Origin: Octopus sinensis
Taxonomy: Eukaryota
Assembly (NCBI RefSeq): GCF_006345805.1
Contig: NC_043004.1
Location: 71,548,001 to 71,612,000 of the forward strand
Length of the DNA stretch: 64,000 nucleotides
Reading direction: 5' to 3'
Part shown: one piece after another, positions 13,009-27,025 of the stretch
How positions within the stretch are numbered: the stretch's first letter is position 1
How the letters are laid out: the number at the start of each line of letters is the position of its first letter
Translations under genes and position numbers: made by a program
The notes under the pieces: generated by a model
The model's database searches: none
What the model was told of the DNA's origin: nothing
What the model saw: the letters and a program-made list of their open reading frames with translations, nothing else

Positions 13009-13479
13009 TTAATAACAACAACAACATACTCCACAGCGAATGAATATGCTCCGTCACGAAAACAATATGCTCCACATCGAATTAAGCATGCGCCGCAGCG
13101 AATATTAAAAATTATGGATGTGCACGAGCGAGCTCCCTGTTATCCTCGCCACTTAGAAAGTAAAAAACGGCACGAAATGAAAGAAAATTGTTTCTTAATA
13201 GTAGTAATTTCACGACCTCGAAATACCTCTCTCATAGTTGCTGCCAGGCACGTAGTTACAGCAAATGTAAACAACCAGTGTAGATGTGATATGCCTTTAC
13301 AACAATTTAAGCAATACAGGCAGTTCCTGTCAAAACAAACTGTGTGTACAATTATTAATCATATATTCATCTTCATGTTTACGCATACACACTTAAACTT
13401 TGTTTTACAGTTCATACACGTACATGTATAACTTCTCACACATGAACGACACAACACAGAACACAATATTTAAATGACT

Positions 13480-16403
13480 TAAAAAAGAAAACTACGATTA
13501 CGATACAAAAGAAAAATTATCACAAGTCCAGAGACGGTGTTCTTCCAAAACGTTGAATCTGAACAGACAGATCGCCCTCTTAATATCACTGCCCAAGTGG
13601 AAAACAAAACCAAAAGAGAACAGTGGGCAGATGAAGTACTATAAGCGTCCAATCCTGCAAAACTTTACCCCAATCACACAGGGATAATGAAAGAAACTTG
13701 TGAAATATTGAGAAGAAGAAATACTAATAAAAGGTAAAATCTCACAAAATACTCTTGCCAATATCCGGCTATATATCCTGCGAAAGTTAAAAGTGACCAA
13801 AACCGAAACACACAATCTAATAGTAAAACACAGACTGAAAATAGACAAAGCAATGGGCTATAATAAAACAAAATAGCATATCAGAGAATGAACTTTAGAT
13901 AATGCATAAAACATCACAAAAGAAATGGAGGAACATAACAGATGTAACAATGCATACAGCAAACCAAAGGCTAAACTAAAGCTAAACTAAATTTCTGCAC
14001 AGCTACCCAAACCTGAGTTTACATAGTACAGCACAGCAAATCAACAACACACATAGACAAGAAAATACTAAAACACAAAACAAGAGACATAATTCGATAC
14101 ACCGAAACATGCCATCTATAATCGATGACGGGAAAGATATGACAGAAGAAATGAAAATTATAACAGAAGATATCATTACAAAGTCGATAATTATGAATCA
14201 GCGTAGACGTCTCTCCAGACTACAAAAAAAATAATAAACAGCTCACTAAATAGATATATAGATACAACAGAGCCCTACAAGAAATAACAACCACTCCAAA
14301 AGATACACTAGATATCAACAAACTAAACGACTCGATCTACTCGCTGTAGTGATATCCAGGCAAACTGGACTTGACACTTAAGAATATATTAAAAAAGAAC
14401 AGCCAAATCTCAAATCCCAGAATGGAAACAGATCGTAATAAATAAAATTAAAAATCAAAGGAAAGACATCCCTACTTTTATTAATTAAAGAAAAGGGGAT
14501 TAAACATGAAAAAAAAAAAAGAAATGAAGCCGGGGATAGCGGAGAAAATTTGCCGCATAAAACTGTATCCAAAACTGGAACGCTTTTTCGAAGAAAATAG
14601 AGGATTTAAGATAAACAGAAAAATATTTTTACCGTAAGTTAAACAACAAAAGCTATATCAAGAGATGTCATGCCAACAATATCAGTGATTCAATCATATT
14701 GGGAAGGAATAAGGAGCACAAAAGCAAAGTAAAAATGGTCAGTGGATTAATAAGGAAAAGGAAAGGGAAAGCAAAAGAGCACCACATGTATGGTCCACCA
14801 CCACAAGCCAAGAAATCACAGGCACACTGAGGAGTACCAGCAACTAGAAAACTCCAGGGATGCACATGGTCCTAAGTTCTAGGTGAAACTCCTCACCAGT
14901 ACTCATACCCACAAAGCTACAGGATTTAATTTATTGAGAAGTAGGCCAGAATGAACACTAACCTACCCTAATTCCCCAAAACAAAGACACCATACACCCA
15001 CACATTTGTAGGCCAATAATATGTCTATCAACATCCTACGAAACCGCCACACCAATCATATTTACTTGGTTTGTAATACACCTTGAAAACAATATTTTAC
15101 AAGACGTTCAAAAGATAAGCCACAAAGGGACCTAAGGATGTACGGAGCAACGCTTAGTACACTGAACCATTATAGTGGACTGTAAGAGGAGAAAAACAAA
15201 CATGAACATGTCTTGGATCGATTACCGAAAGGTATTCGACAGTGTTCTACACTCATTGATCCTGGATTTTTTCCACACAAATAAAGTAGCTACTCCATAC
15301 TACTAAAATATACCATACATGCAATGGTAAACTGGAAAACCAGTATAACCGTGAAAATGAATCACAAGCCATTAAAACCTACTCTATATTCATTGGAAGA
15401 GGAATGGTCCAAAGGAGACTGCTGTCATTCCTCGTTTTCTGCTTTGCTCTGACTCCGCTATCAAACTTGTTAAATGAAACTACCATGTGTTATAGATGCG
15501 ATGGCCAAACAATAAAACATCTGCTACACATAGATAATTTAAAACTTTTCCCTAAAAACCTTGAAAACAGAATACCCTTCTAAAAATTGCCCATAGTTTC
15601 AGCAAGGATATCGAGATGCGCATGGGGTGGACAAAAGGGTCCAAGTGACACTGAGAAGAGACAAATTAATCAGCATTGAAAGGATTGCACTCGAAAGGAC
15701 TGCATACATTGAAATGACTGTATACATATATAGGAATAGACGAAACAGCTAAAACACAACACTCAGTAATGAAAGAGAAAATTATGAGAAAATACTGTAG
15801 AAGGGTTAGACTAATATTAAACAAGGAACGCATTGCTAAAGATAAGATAATAGGGATAAACACACTAACCATTCCAGTCATAAATTACAGCTTCAACGCA
15901 AAACGCTGGAAACTCAATGAATCGAAAAACTTAGATAGGAACACCAGAGAAATATTAACAGCATACCTAAGTCAGCACGCCAAATCAGACGCAGAAAGAA
16001 TATATCTACCCAGCTCAGAAGGAGGCCGTGTCCTGATACAGATACAGAACTATTATAAAATAACAACGGCTGGACTAGAAACATACTTAGAAACAAAAAG
16101 TAGAAGACTACTATATTTATAATAATGCAACACGAAAAGAAAATAATCTCTCCACTAAAAGAAAGCAGCTCCAACAATTCTAAAATATATCAACCGTGTA
16201 AAGTCTAACTGGAAAAACCTTTACTTGCTTTCTTATTTCCTTTTCCTCTCTGTCTTTCGTCCCCTTTTATCTATCACTTAACTTTGTAAATAAACAATCT
16301 GGTGAGCTTATTTTAATGCTATACCAAAGTAAACAGTGAGTTTCTTTGCCCTAGGTGTCGGGAAGACACCCGGCAAGATATGGAAGCAAAATTGAAAAAA
16401 GAC

Positions 16404-16404
<1 letters not shown>
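13480..16404 (+). mobile_element. Decayed R4/Dong-clade (RLE-type) non-LTR retrotransposon
   Basis: Remnant RT motifs WIDY.K.FDSV.H (15210-15260) and HLLH.DNLK; ORF 15769-16122 with INTLTIPVINYSF..W..LDR.TR..ERIYLP..EGGR; 3' UTR ctaggtgtcgggaagacacccgg before (AAT)n. Confidence 0.8.
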
Positions 16405-16452
<48 letters not shown>

Positions 16453-16466
16453 TAATAATAATAATA

Positions 16467-16522
<56 letters not shown>

Positions 16523-16557
16523 GGTGGTGGTGGTAATGGTAATAGTGATGGTGATGG

Positions 16558-16602
<45 letters not shown>

Positions 16603-16603
16603 C

Positions 16604-16641
<38 letters not shown>
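16405..16641. repeat. Compound trinucleotide microsatellite (AAT)n-(GAT)n-(GGT)n-(GAT)n
   Basis: Directly visible. Confidence 0.95.
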
Positions 16642-16644
<3 letters not shown>

Positions 16645-17194
16645 ATGTCCTGATGCAGTACCAGACAGTGGCTCTCATGGCTTCTGATCTTAACTGATTA
16701 GAAGTGTTATCATGTACATTGTTTTGTCTTGGTATAAAAGATGGACTATAGCAAATATTCTACTCAATACCACAGATTTGCTTGTCAGTTGATCGTCCTT
16801 AACCAGTTGAGCATGTCACTTAGTGTGCATCTCTGATTACCAGCAGAAGTAGTGGGGGAGCATCATAGTCGTGTGTTGAAAGGAATTCTTAGAGGTTTGG
16901 ATAATTCACCTTTGGAAACATGGGTGTTTCGTTCAACATCCTTAAACAATCCTTATTCAGAGACCTTTTGAACAAGATGGGTTACTCGACCAGAAGAAAA
17001 TTCTAACTGGACCCCACCTGCGAGGTCATGTACTGTTTATCTTGTTATGAGATCACCATGTCGCGCACATATGGTTGTGATGCATGTGCCTGGTGTACCC
17101 TTATCAGACGTGTAGTTATGATGGTTATACTGGGCTTCGTATATTTTACCCCAGTGTCACTTTGACGGCATGTACTGCTCTCTCACCCAATAAT

Positions 17195-17369
17195 AATTTC
17201 TGCCACAAGAGTAGCTTGGTGGGGATTAAGTCGATAACATCGACCCCAGTATTGCACTGATACTTAATTTATCAACCTCGAAGTATTAATGGGAAAGTCG
17301 ACCTAGGCGGAATTTGAACGCAGAACATAGTGAAAGGCGTGCTAACGATTCTTCCAGCTCACCGCCTTG

Positions 17370-17370
<1 letters not shown>
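17195..17370 (-). mobile_element. tRNA-derived SINE, same family as 21331-21740
   Basis: Head aaggcggtgagctggaagaatcgttagcac; core gtcgacttt...ataaattaagta.cag. Confidence 0.75.
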
Positions 17371-17428
<58 letters not shown>

Positions 17429-17572
17429 TATAATAATAATAATAATTATTATAATTATAATAACAACAACAACAACAATATCAGAAAAATACCTTAGGAA
17501 TGAGAGCACAAGTTCGAAATTGCCCTAGAACACCTGATAAAGGCTGGAGAGTACATCAGCCGAAACTTTGTT

Positions 17573-17760
17573 TTCAGGATGATGTTTATACCATTTGTCA
17601 GCGGTTTTGATTTTATAATGCCGACATATTGTCCAATGTAAATACTGGCCGACTCTGTCATGTCTTGCTTTATATTCTGCAGGTGCTAAGACTCTCCATC
17701 CTGAGATTAGGTGGTCTATTGTTTCAATCTCACCGTTACAGAATCGGCATTTTGGGTCAG
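17573..17760 (-). repeat. 188-bp inverted duplicate of 18207-18394
   Basis: Reverse complement matches with one mismatch; encodes DPKCRFC...HHP. Confidence 0.95.
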
Positions 17761-17819
17761 TGAAAAAAGATGAGGATAAATATCCGTCAAGTGTAAATAA
17801 TGTAAACAACAACAACAAT

Positions 17820-18955
17820 AATAATAATAGTAATAACTTGTTGAAAAACATGAAAGGCCTAAAAAACTTCATTCTATTCTCAAAGAGAGCAAACAATTCG
17901 CAGCTGATCTCTTAGATACCCACCAGATTGAGCAGGCTGAAGGAAATGCGCCAACTGCAGCGGCAAAGAAAATAAAATTAATTGCAAAGACAAAAGCACA
18001 TGAAAATTTAGCTAGCAGATGGGAACAGAAACCTCTCCATGGCAAGTATGTGGCCCGTAGCAAACAAGCTGATGTCGACCAGAAACACACACACCAATGG
18101 TTACAAAGCTCAGGGCTAAAAGCAGAGAGTGAAGGTTTCATATTAGCTGCTCAAGACCAAAGCTTATTTACCCGGAACTACCAAGCCAATGTGATAAAAA
18201 ATGGAGCTGACCCAAAATGCCGATTCTGTAACGGTGAGATTGAAACAATAGACCACCTAATCTCAGGGTGGAGAGTCTTAGCACCTGCAGAATATAAAGC
18301 AAGACATGACAGAGTCGGCCAGTATTTACATTGGACAATATGTCGGCATTATAAAATCAAAACCGCTGACAAATGGTATAAACATCATCCTGAAGCTGTG
18401 ACTGAGGGAGAAAATGTGTCGATTCTATGGGACTTTCCCGTGCAGACCGACAGGACTATAAAAGCTAATAAACCGGATATTATTATAAAAGATCAGACAA
18501 AAAGGACGTGTTTATTAATTGACATGAGTATTCCCTGTGATCACAATATAGCGGCGAAAGAATTTGACAAGATTAGTAAATATAAAGACCTGCTAATAGA
18601 AATTGAAAAAATGTGGCATCTCAAGGCGACTACAGTACCAGTGATTGTAGGATCTCTAGGAATGATGAAAAAGGTACTGAAACCTATTTGAAAATGATTC
18701 AAGGCTTACCATCCCTACAGGAAGTGCAAAAAATCGTATTAACTGGAACGGATGATGTACTGAGAAGAGCACTATCGCTGTGAAAATAACATCCATCCAT
18801 GAATTTATTTATTTATTAATTTTTAAATACATATTTTATCTTTGAATTTGCGCGTGTAATCTGGGAATGCATACAATGCCCTTCTCTGCCCTAGGTGTAT
18901 GGAAAACACTCGGCGAGAAACGGAAGAAAATTTGAAGAAAGAAGGAAAAAAACAT
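17820..18955 (+). mobile_element. 5'-truncated R4/Dong-clade element with zinc-finger/RLE endonuclease region
   Basis: ORF 18050-18691: LKAESEGFILAAQDQ, CRFC...ETIDHL, RHDRV, ANKPDIII..LIDMSIP..KE.DK.SKYKDL; flanked by (AAT)n. Confidence 0.9.
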
Positions 18956-18956
18956 G

Positions 18957-19024
<68 letters not shown>

Positions 19025-20160
19025 TTCTTTAAAAAATACCCATGAATTAAATCTGATCCTTGACCCTTCGAATTTGACATTTTTCCTAACATATTACTCC
19101 TCAAAGCTCTTGTCAGTTTTAGATCTAGTTGCCTCTCACTGATTACTTCTTCCCTTACTATCTTCAACCAGCTTTATTATGTTTAATTGGATTATCCCAA
19201 ATATGACTCTAGAACTTTCTTCATGCTTCTGAAATAGGCTCCTCATTTTCAGCATTTGTTTGGAGATAAAATCTATGGTCAATCTCAATCAAACTTCTCT
19301 TTTGATAATGATCAATTATTTTCTGATATCAGAAAAAGCTTAACTGCTATTGCTATGATTCGCTGTTTCGTCTCTTCCATGACTATCCCAAACTCTTTCT
19401 CTTTGACTAAGTATTTTTCCTTTAGAGTATATTTGAATCTTGTGTTTCCTAATTTGTTCTCTTTTCAGGCGTCTTATTCTACTCAGAACTTGCTTTAAAG
19501 TCTTCATTTTACTTTCTAATCTCTCTCTCTCCGTTCACATTTGCTCCTTCCTAATATTTCTTGGAAGGATCTAATCTTATAGTCACTAGTACCTCTCTTA
19601 CATAGATCAATAAGTTAATGTCACCAATATTTTTTGTATCTATGTTACTCATAACAGTGTCCTTTTGTTTACACTTTTTAACTCTAGCAAACTTTTTCTT
19701 GTTTATTGCTTCCTTCAACTCATAACATCTGATCTGCCTCTATTAAGTCGCTTAAATCACTGGTGTCAATTGTCCCTTCACCATCGGTAGTTCTTTTGTG
19801 ATCTCTTTCATCTCCAATCCTCTCATCCCCTTTCTCCTAATAGCATTATCCTGGTTTACTAGTCTCTTCTCAGTCCCTTCAAACATATCCTTCTCTACCC
19901 AAAGGGTTAATATCTGCTTTCTGTTACTCCTTTTAGATTCATTTTCTAAGTAGCACCGTATCATTGAGCTACTTTTTTCGTTTCTTTCTTGCTGTATAAT
20001 CTGTTGGTTCTACATTAGGATATCAGCTGTGTTCAGTTTACTTCTGTCATGAACCACTGCCGAACGAGATGCCTTCCCTAAAATGTCCAATAACATTTTC
20101 TCTGTTACCACCAGAATTGGCCAAACTCTTTTCTCTCAAGAACTGAAGTAAGGTAATGTT
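19025..20160 (-). mobile_element. Decayed 5' part of an R4/Dong-clade element
   Basis: CY...KRSNRKQILTLWVEKDMFEGTEKRLVNQ N-terminus; KMSNSKGQGSDLIHGYFLK resembles RT domain 0; ends at (TTA)n. Confidence 0.65.
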
Positions 20161-20409
20161 CGCTACCATCATCATCACCACTACTAGTATTCGTCATCTG
20201 ATAGTTTTGAGTTAATTTTTAGTTACATTACTTACTACACTTCCGTATTGCTGAGGCATGTGCAGCATTGGGGATTTGTTTGTAGTTTTTTGGTAAGCTT
20301 TTCTAAATAGATCACAAATACAGGAATATTTTTAATAGACGCTCAATTAAAATATCATAGTAAAAATGTGTATCATACTAAATGAGTTGTAAACATCAAA
20401 AAGAGCCTA

Positions 20410-20760
20410 ATTCCAGTTGTAACTATCGGGACACCAAAGCTTGCCCACTAGAACAGGCGTGTATGATCAACTCCATCATATACAAGAAAGAAGATTATCT
20501 AACTGAATAGAAGAATTACACTGGATTACTCGAAGGCGATTTCAAAGACGGTAAGCACCCACCTATCTTATTTTAGGAATATCGAGGAATGAAATGCATC
20601 TAAGTTGGCTAGGCATGTAAGGATTTGAAGATGTACTCCACACCACGAACAGAATTCTTGATAAATCGAACGATATGCTAATGGATCTAAAACATGCAAC
20701 TTGTACGTAGCAGTAAGATCTCATATTCTTTTTAGATCCAAGAATTCGATCACACTACTT
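20410..20760 (+). mobile_element. Penelope-like GIY-YIG remnant
   Basis: ACPLEQACMINSIIY...YTGLLEGDFK; CNL motif downstream. Confidence 0.6.
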
Positions 20761-21330
20761 AATTCCAGGTTTGAATTTTTTTAGTTGGTACAATCACGTG
20801 GTCAGGTTTCTTTTCCCGAATTGGAAAACACCACCCGCTTAGGATTCAGTTTCTGTCACGCAGATTTTTGACATGTTTTCCTTTGCGTACTTCCATAGCA
20901 GCTGCACTATTTCTCGTTTCTTCAGTCTCAGAGGAAGGGCATCTTAGTTGTCTGACTTTAGTTTCTTACTTTTCGATCCATTCTTCGCACCAACCCTCGT
21001 TACGTTTTTGTTCTCCGTTCTTCTTATTTTCTAATAGTCCAATATCTAACACATAAACAGAACCTGGAAGATTGCTTGAAGATACATCATGTATTTTTTA
21101 AATATACTCTAAATATAATCATAAAAGCATGAATCTGTTATTAAAAAGGATTTCTAGCATAGATGCAAGCCACATAGGAGACATATAAAGGAACAGAAAA
21201 GTCGGTGAGATTAGAAACCAGAACGTAAAGGTACACAACTGAATAATAAAGATATTTTAAAAGTCAACCGTCCATCCTTCCACTCTCTTTGGAAATAAGA
21301 AATGGTAACGACAAATCAGATATATATATC

Positions 21331-21740
21331 TTTACTACCCACTAGGGGCTAAACACAGAGGAGACAAACAAGGACAGACAAACGGATTAGGTCGATTACA
21401 TAGACCCCAGTACGTAACTGGTACTTAATTTATCGACCCCGAAAGGATGAAAGGCAAAGTCGACCTCGGCGGAATTTGAACTCAGAACGTAACGGCAGAC
21501 GAAATACCTATTTCTTTATTACCCACAAGGGACTAAACACAGAGCGGACAAACAAGGACAGACATAGGTATTAAGTCGATTACATCGACCTCAGTGCGTA
21601 ACTGGTACTTAATTTATCGACCCCGAAAGGATGAAAGGCAAAGTCGACCTCGGCGGAATTTGAACTCACAACGTAACGCAGACGAAATACCGCTAAGCAT
21701 TTCGCCCGGCGTGCTAACGTTTCTGCCAGCTCGCCGCCTT
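21331..21740 (-). mobile_element. tRNA-derived SINE with internal tandem duplication (~177-bp second unit)
   Basis: Head aaggcggcgagctggcagaaacgttagc, B-box gagttcaaattcc; two bodies each ending in ..ccct(a/t)gtgggta(g/a)taaag. Confidence 0.9.
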
Positions 21741-21764
21741 ATGACAAATCAAATATAATTAAAG

Positions 21765-22500
21765 CACAAATCAGCGACAGTATTTTCTAACATAGAATTA
21801 AAGAAACAGTTGTAGTAATTATATTTCTTTCGATTCCTAATAACGTTAATTCTCTTACCTTTAAGATTCATAACTGTTTCGGAGTTGCTAAGTAAACTTC
21901 ACTTTTGTTTGAAATTCGCCCAAACAGAGGTGTCTCACTGGAAACAATATCTTCTGCCTTTTAATGTTTCTTTTTTTCCAGTTTCGATACATGGGATGAT
22001 ATTTTTTATTTCTTTTAACCTAGTTCTCACAACTTAAGTATAAATTATGGAGAATTCAACAGATTGATGAAACCAGCTGATTTATTTTACCTTTCCTTCG
22101 AAAAAACAAAATGATATGCTTAGAAAACAATGCGTTCAGGTTCTTTTCCCAATCTTATAAAGATAAGGCGAACAACCCGAACTTACTTTTTCTATAATTC
22201 TAGAAGTTGTCATCAGAATATTTTTGTTATCTGCAACACGTTCATAAATTTCAGGTCTTATATTGTTTATTCTTTCTCGACAAAATGCTTGGCTGTTAAC
22301 AGTATAAGTAAAATATGAGTTTTACCACCAGCTTCCTTAGTTTTCTAATCAATGTCCACTTCTCTTCACCGATCATCACAAATAAACCAATGGAAACTAC
22401 CCACACGTAATTAAACGGTTGCTGAGCAAAAGTATTACATTTTAACTTCACAATAATATTGACATTTTTCGGTTGGTTAATTTTTTAAGAATTTTGTACT
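21765..22500 (-). promoter_or_regulatory. Gene A 5' UTR/promoter block, paralogous to 49925-50600
   Basis: Collinear conserved blocks gtctcactggaaa, aattctagaag, ttttctaatcaatg.ccacttct, cacaaataaaccaat, atattgaca around a conserved donor. Confidence 0.6.
21859..21871 (-). CDS. Gene A exon 1 coding part (ATG AAT CTT AAA G = MNLK, phase 1)
   Basis: Donor AAAG|gtaaga; paralogous to 50026-50038; joins in frame to the exon at 7029 (G|GG ATG). Confidence 0.7.
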
Positions 22501-25022
22501 GGATAACTTATTCTTAATGTCGAAAGAGGCGTGGTCAGTGATAACAAGTAAGATATTAAGTTTTTGATGAAATGAAGGCATAAATATGTTTGTATATTTG
22601 TATGTTCATAATAGGCATGAACGTTACATTATCCCATTTTAAACAGTGGACTACTTTAATCCTGACTTTTGCGTTCAAATATGGCCACGGTCACATTTTA
22701 TTGATTGCTAGATATACTTTCAATCAATAAAGGTATTTACATATCAAGATTTGCTTGAATTATTTCGACGTATCCGGCAAACTTTAAATATGTTACTATT
22801 TAAAAGAAAAGATTGAGAAGAAAAAGAAATTGCCGACTTAAATTTTTTATGATTTTGAAATAACAGGGAAATGAGAGATGAGAATGGGGTACAGTCAGCA
22901 TATTCAGAGGGGTGTATCTAATCATAATAGTACACACAAAGCTTTGAACTTTGACAGCCTAATGTTGTTGTTTAACCACAAGTTTGATTGGCTCTTGATT
23001 GAGTAGCAATTTTCATTGAATACATTATTGCAATCATTATCATCTCGTTTTTGTTTTCGGACAGTGTTCACTATGCAAATATGTTCTTCTAAAATGATAT
23101 AGTGTGATACATAAAATATTTGATTGTAATTCCTAAAAACATGAGCAATTGCCTAGAGGTTAGGCTTTTCTCATTGATAAGTAACATTCCTTTTTACGCA
23201 TAGGCACAAGACCTGAAATTTGGGGTTTCGGGAATAGTGGATCATATCGACCCAAGTGGTCAACTGGTACTTAATTTATCTATCTCAAGTGTACGAAAGG
23301 CAAAGTCGACGTCAGCGGAATTTGAAGTCAGAACACATAGTGATAGTATATTTTTTATATTCTGTGAATAAATTTGAAATGTATCATCGCAGATATAACT
23401 GTCAGTTTTGTAAAATGGAAATTTTTGATAAAGTTTTGGATCTCTTCAATGACAATACTAGGGTAAAAGAGAATCGTAAGAATCACAGTTCATTGTACAT
23501 AAATCATATTTGAAGTAAGTTATCACTTTCTTTGGTCGTTGGAGAAATGCATGATGAAGGAGAATGAAACTGAAATATATAATCAAAACTAAATAAACCA
23601 AATATTCAAAATACAAGAATATTAACCTTAGGAACGGAAACATGACAAGGCGCTCGGTGGGTGATTGTGAGTCCAGGAATGTTATTTAAAATGCAAAACA
23701 GATAAAAACATATAAAAGTCTAAGAAACTCTACTGTTATTTATATAAATACTTATACGCTGTGTGCTTATGAGATAAAGAGAATATAAACGCTGTTCTAT
23801 TTAATCGGGTGGTAGTGTGTTCAACCAATACAGTTGAAGGCACTTTTCATAGTGGCGACATCTGTTAAAGATTTTTACTTTGCATTTAGATAAATTTCAA
23901 TTTGTTAAGATTCTCCCGTATGGGGTTCTTTTCATAACACATCTTTATGTCTGTTTCAATTTCTTCTATATCGCTTAAGGATTTTTCACTGTCCCCTTGA
24001 TAATGATATCAATAGCATGGTATTTTCTAATTCCAAATGTAAGACGATAACGCTATATACCAGAAGGAAGTGGTGCATAGTTGTGATAACAACAATTATA
24101 TGTAACTTTTACTATGCCGATAGTTCTGTAAAAATGGCTGGTTTGTTGCAGGAAATATCTAATAATAAAAAGATTGATAATTCCCATGATTAACGAAAAA
24201 TTATATGAAGACAAAAGTTAAATTACTTATATAATAAGTTAGCTAATTTGTGTATATATTTAAACCATGATTTATGTTATTAATTTTTATAGATATAATT
24301 TGCAGTAGTATAATGAGTATAAATTAGCAGTAGATTATGTAGTGTATATTACATAATTGAAATAAGATTAAACCAAGGTGTTTATAAATTAAATAAATAA
24401 ATTGATGAATATAGATTAAGTTATCGAAATTTAGTTTATTTTATGTATTTTACGTATTTTAGTCTTAAATTATTGAGATTTTCGAATTTTTCCAGCAAAT
24501 GGCATATAACTTCTAGTTTATTTCTTATTTTCACAGCTAAAATACATATTGTTATTTTCACAGCTAAAATATATTTTTCTATCCATTTATTCTATAGTTA
24601 TTATTTACGTCATGTTTTCACGTGATGAGTTTATTTGCTACGCTAGTTTCTAAGTATAACTTTTAAAATTTCAGTTAACTGGAATTCTTCAATAAGATAA
24701 GTTACGACTTTATTTTGATATTCGATTATTTATAGTTAAGATACGTATATTTCTATATTTATTTATTATATGTTAACATACATTTATTTTATTTTTATTT
24801 TAGACCTGAAGCGTGACTATATTTTTAGATCGAATTAATTTTAATAGTATCGATTTTATTATTATTGATTTAAAGATACAGTCACGAAACGCACGTAGTC
24901 AATTTATTATATATTTAATTTAGTGATTCTTTGAATAACATTTATTATAGTATATTAAAATTTTTCTATATGATATAGATAAAGTCTTCCACTATTAAAT
25001 TACTTAATAGAAGTTATTTCTC

Positions 25023-25099
<77 letters not shown>

Positions 25100-25119
25100 T
25101 GTGTGTGTGTGTATATTAC

Positions 25120-25501
25120 CGGCACGGGCAGAGCTGTGTGGTAAGAAGTTTACTTCACACCTACACGGTGGGATGTTCCATCCCACTACGCGGAACATTG
25201 AGCAGATATCCTCTACCATAATCTCAGGTTAACAAAATCTTGTAAGTAGGTTTCTTAGTAGATTTGAAAGCTAAAAGACGTTCGTCATATATGTATATGT
25301 GTGTGCGTGTCCTTGTGTATGTGTTTGTCCGCCACCACCGCTTGATAATCGGCCTTTGTGTGTTGTTTACCACCCCGTATGCTAGCGGTTCGATAGAAGA
25401 GACCGATGCAAGTAGTATCAGGATTAAAAAAGTACTGGGGTTGATTCGTTCAAGGCTGTGCCCCAGCATGAACGTTGAGTAATGACTGAAACAAGTAAAA
25501 A
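25120..25501 (+). mobile_element. Degenerate composite SINE
   Basis: gctgtgtggtaagaagttt head; tail ccagcat...aatgactgaaacaagtaaaa. Confidence 0.7.
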
Positions 25502-26186
25502 AATGAGTGAAAAGATCTAGAATCTATATCCACATATTTAAATGAGCATTTTACTGATTCCATTCTCTTCTGTTTGTAGCAATGAAAAAAAAAATACAAA
25601 CCCTCAACCAATTACTATGTTTGACATAAACTGTTTTTATTTATTTATTTATTTATTTCAGAATTGAATTAAAAACTGATCTTCAGATGGTGTGTGTTGC
25701 TAAGTGGGTTTGTTTTTGTTACTATTTGATCATTAAAAGGCATCTAGATTACCATTCACCAGAAATACTCATTTAACCGTGTAAAATCATTATAACGGTA
25801 TGTTAAGAAGAAATAAAATACACTGACAACAAGGCAATCAGCAATGATTATCTATTAACTAGATGTTAGTTTATGTTTCGCATTCAGTAGCCGGAAGTTA
25901 TGGTAAATATTACCTTTTCATTAGCTTTAAATTTATTGACGAATAAACATCTCACCATCTATAAGAATACAAATGTATTTCTTGTTTGAACTTGTTAATT
26001 CTTTTAAGTACATGAGCGATCTTCATTTTTCTTTTTCTTCTTATCCCAGTTTTTTCATAAAAGAATTTTTATTTGTCAGTTTCTCAATGATGTCTGTTAT
26101 TGTTTGCAAGAAGTTAAATGTTTTTTAATAAACGTGACGAGCATATGAAGCATTAAGTTGCATGGGGCGGAAACGAGCTGTTTTTA

Positions 26187-26219
26187 ATAATAATGATAAT
26201 AATAATAATAATAATAATG

Positions 26220-26263
<44 letters not shown>

Positions 26264-26330
26264 TATAATAATAATAATAATAATAATAATTATAATAAAA
26301 ATAAAAATAATAATAATGATTATAATAATA

Positions 26331-26416
<86 letters not shown>

Positions 26417-26419
26417 AAA

Positions 26420-26456
<37 letters not shown>

Positions 26457-26457
26457 T
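26187..26457. repeat. (AAT)n microsatellite
   Basis: Directly visible. Confidence 0.95.
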
Positions 26458-26512
26458 TCGTTTTTGGATTTGGTTTGCAAGATTCTTTATATGAGTTTCA
26501 TGTGTTGAAGCA

Positions 26513-26779
26513 TATTCTGTTGTGTCTAGGGAGAGTCATTTTCTTTTTGTGCCTCATAATTTAACATACTCACCGGTAAAATTTCCCCTTTCTCTTATTT
26601 TTATTTTTCTAAAATTTTCCTTGCGTCTTGCAACCTGTTCAATAGTCTTGTCTATTGAAAACGTTGCAAGACGCAACGAAAATTTTAGGAAAATAAGAAA
26701 AAAATGGAAATTTTACCGGTGAGTGTGTTAAATTATATGTCACAAAAAGAAAATGACTCTCCCCAGACACAACAGAATA
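26513..26779. repeat. Fold-back inverted repeat, ~130-bp imperfect arms, 6-nt loop
   Basis: tattctgttgtgtct...caatag | tcttgt | ctattg...agacacaacagaata. Confidence 0.9.
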
Positions 26780-26796
26780 ATAATAATAATTATAAC

Positions 26797-26860
<64 letters not shown>

Positions 26861-26976
26861 GTAATAATAATTATTATTATTATAAGCCAATGTATGTTTT
26901 TAGATTTGTTTCATATGTTATAATTATGACTGTACTTAATTAAGAATAACTTTTTCAATCCTCAACTGACACTGAT

Positions 26977-27022
<46 letters not shown>

Positions 27023-27025
<3 letters not shown>

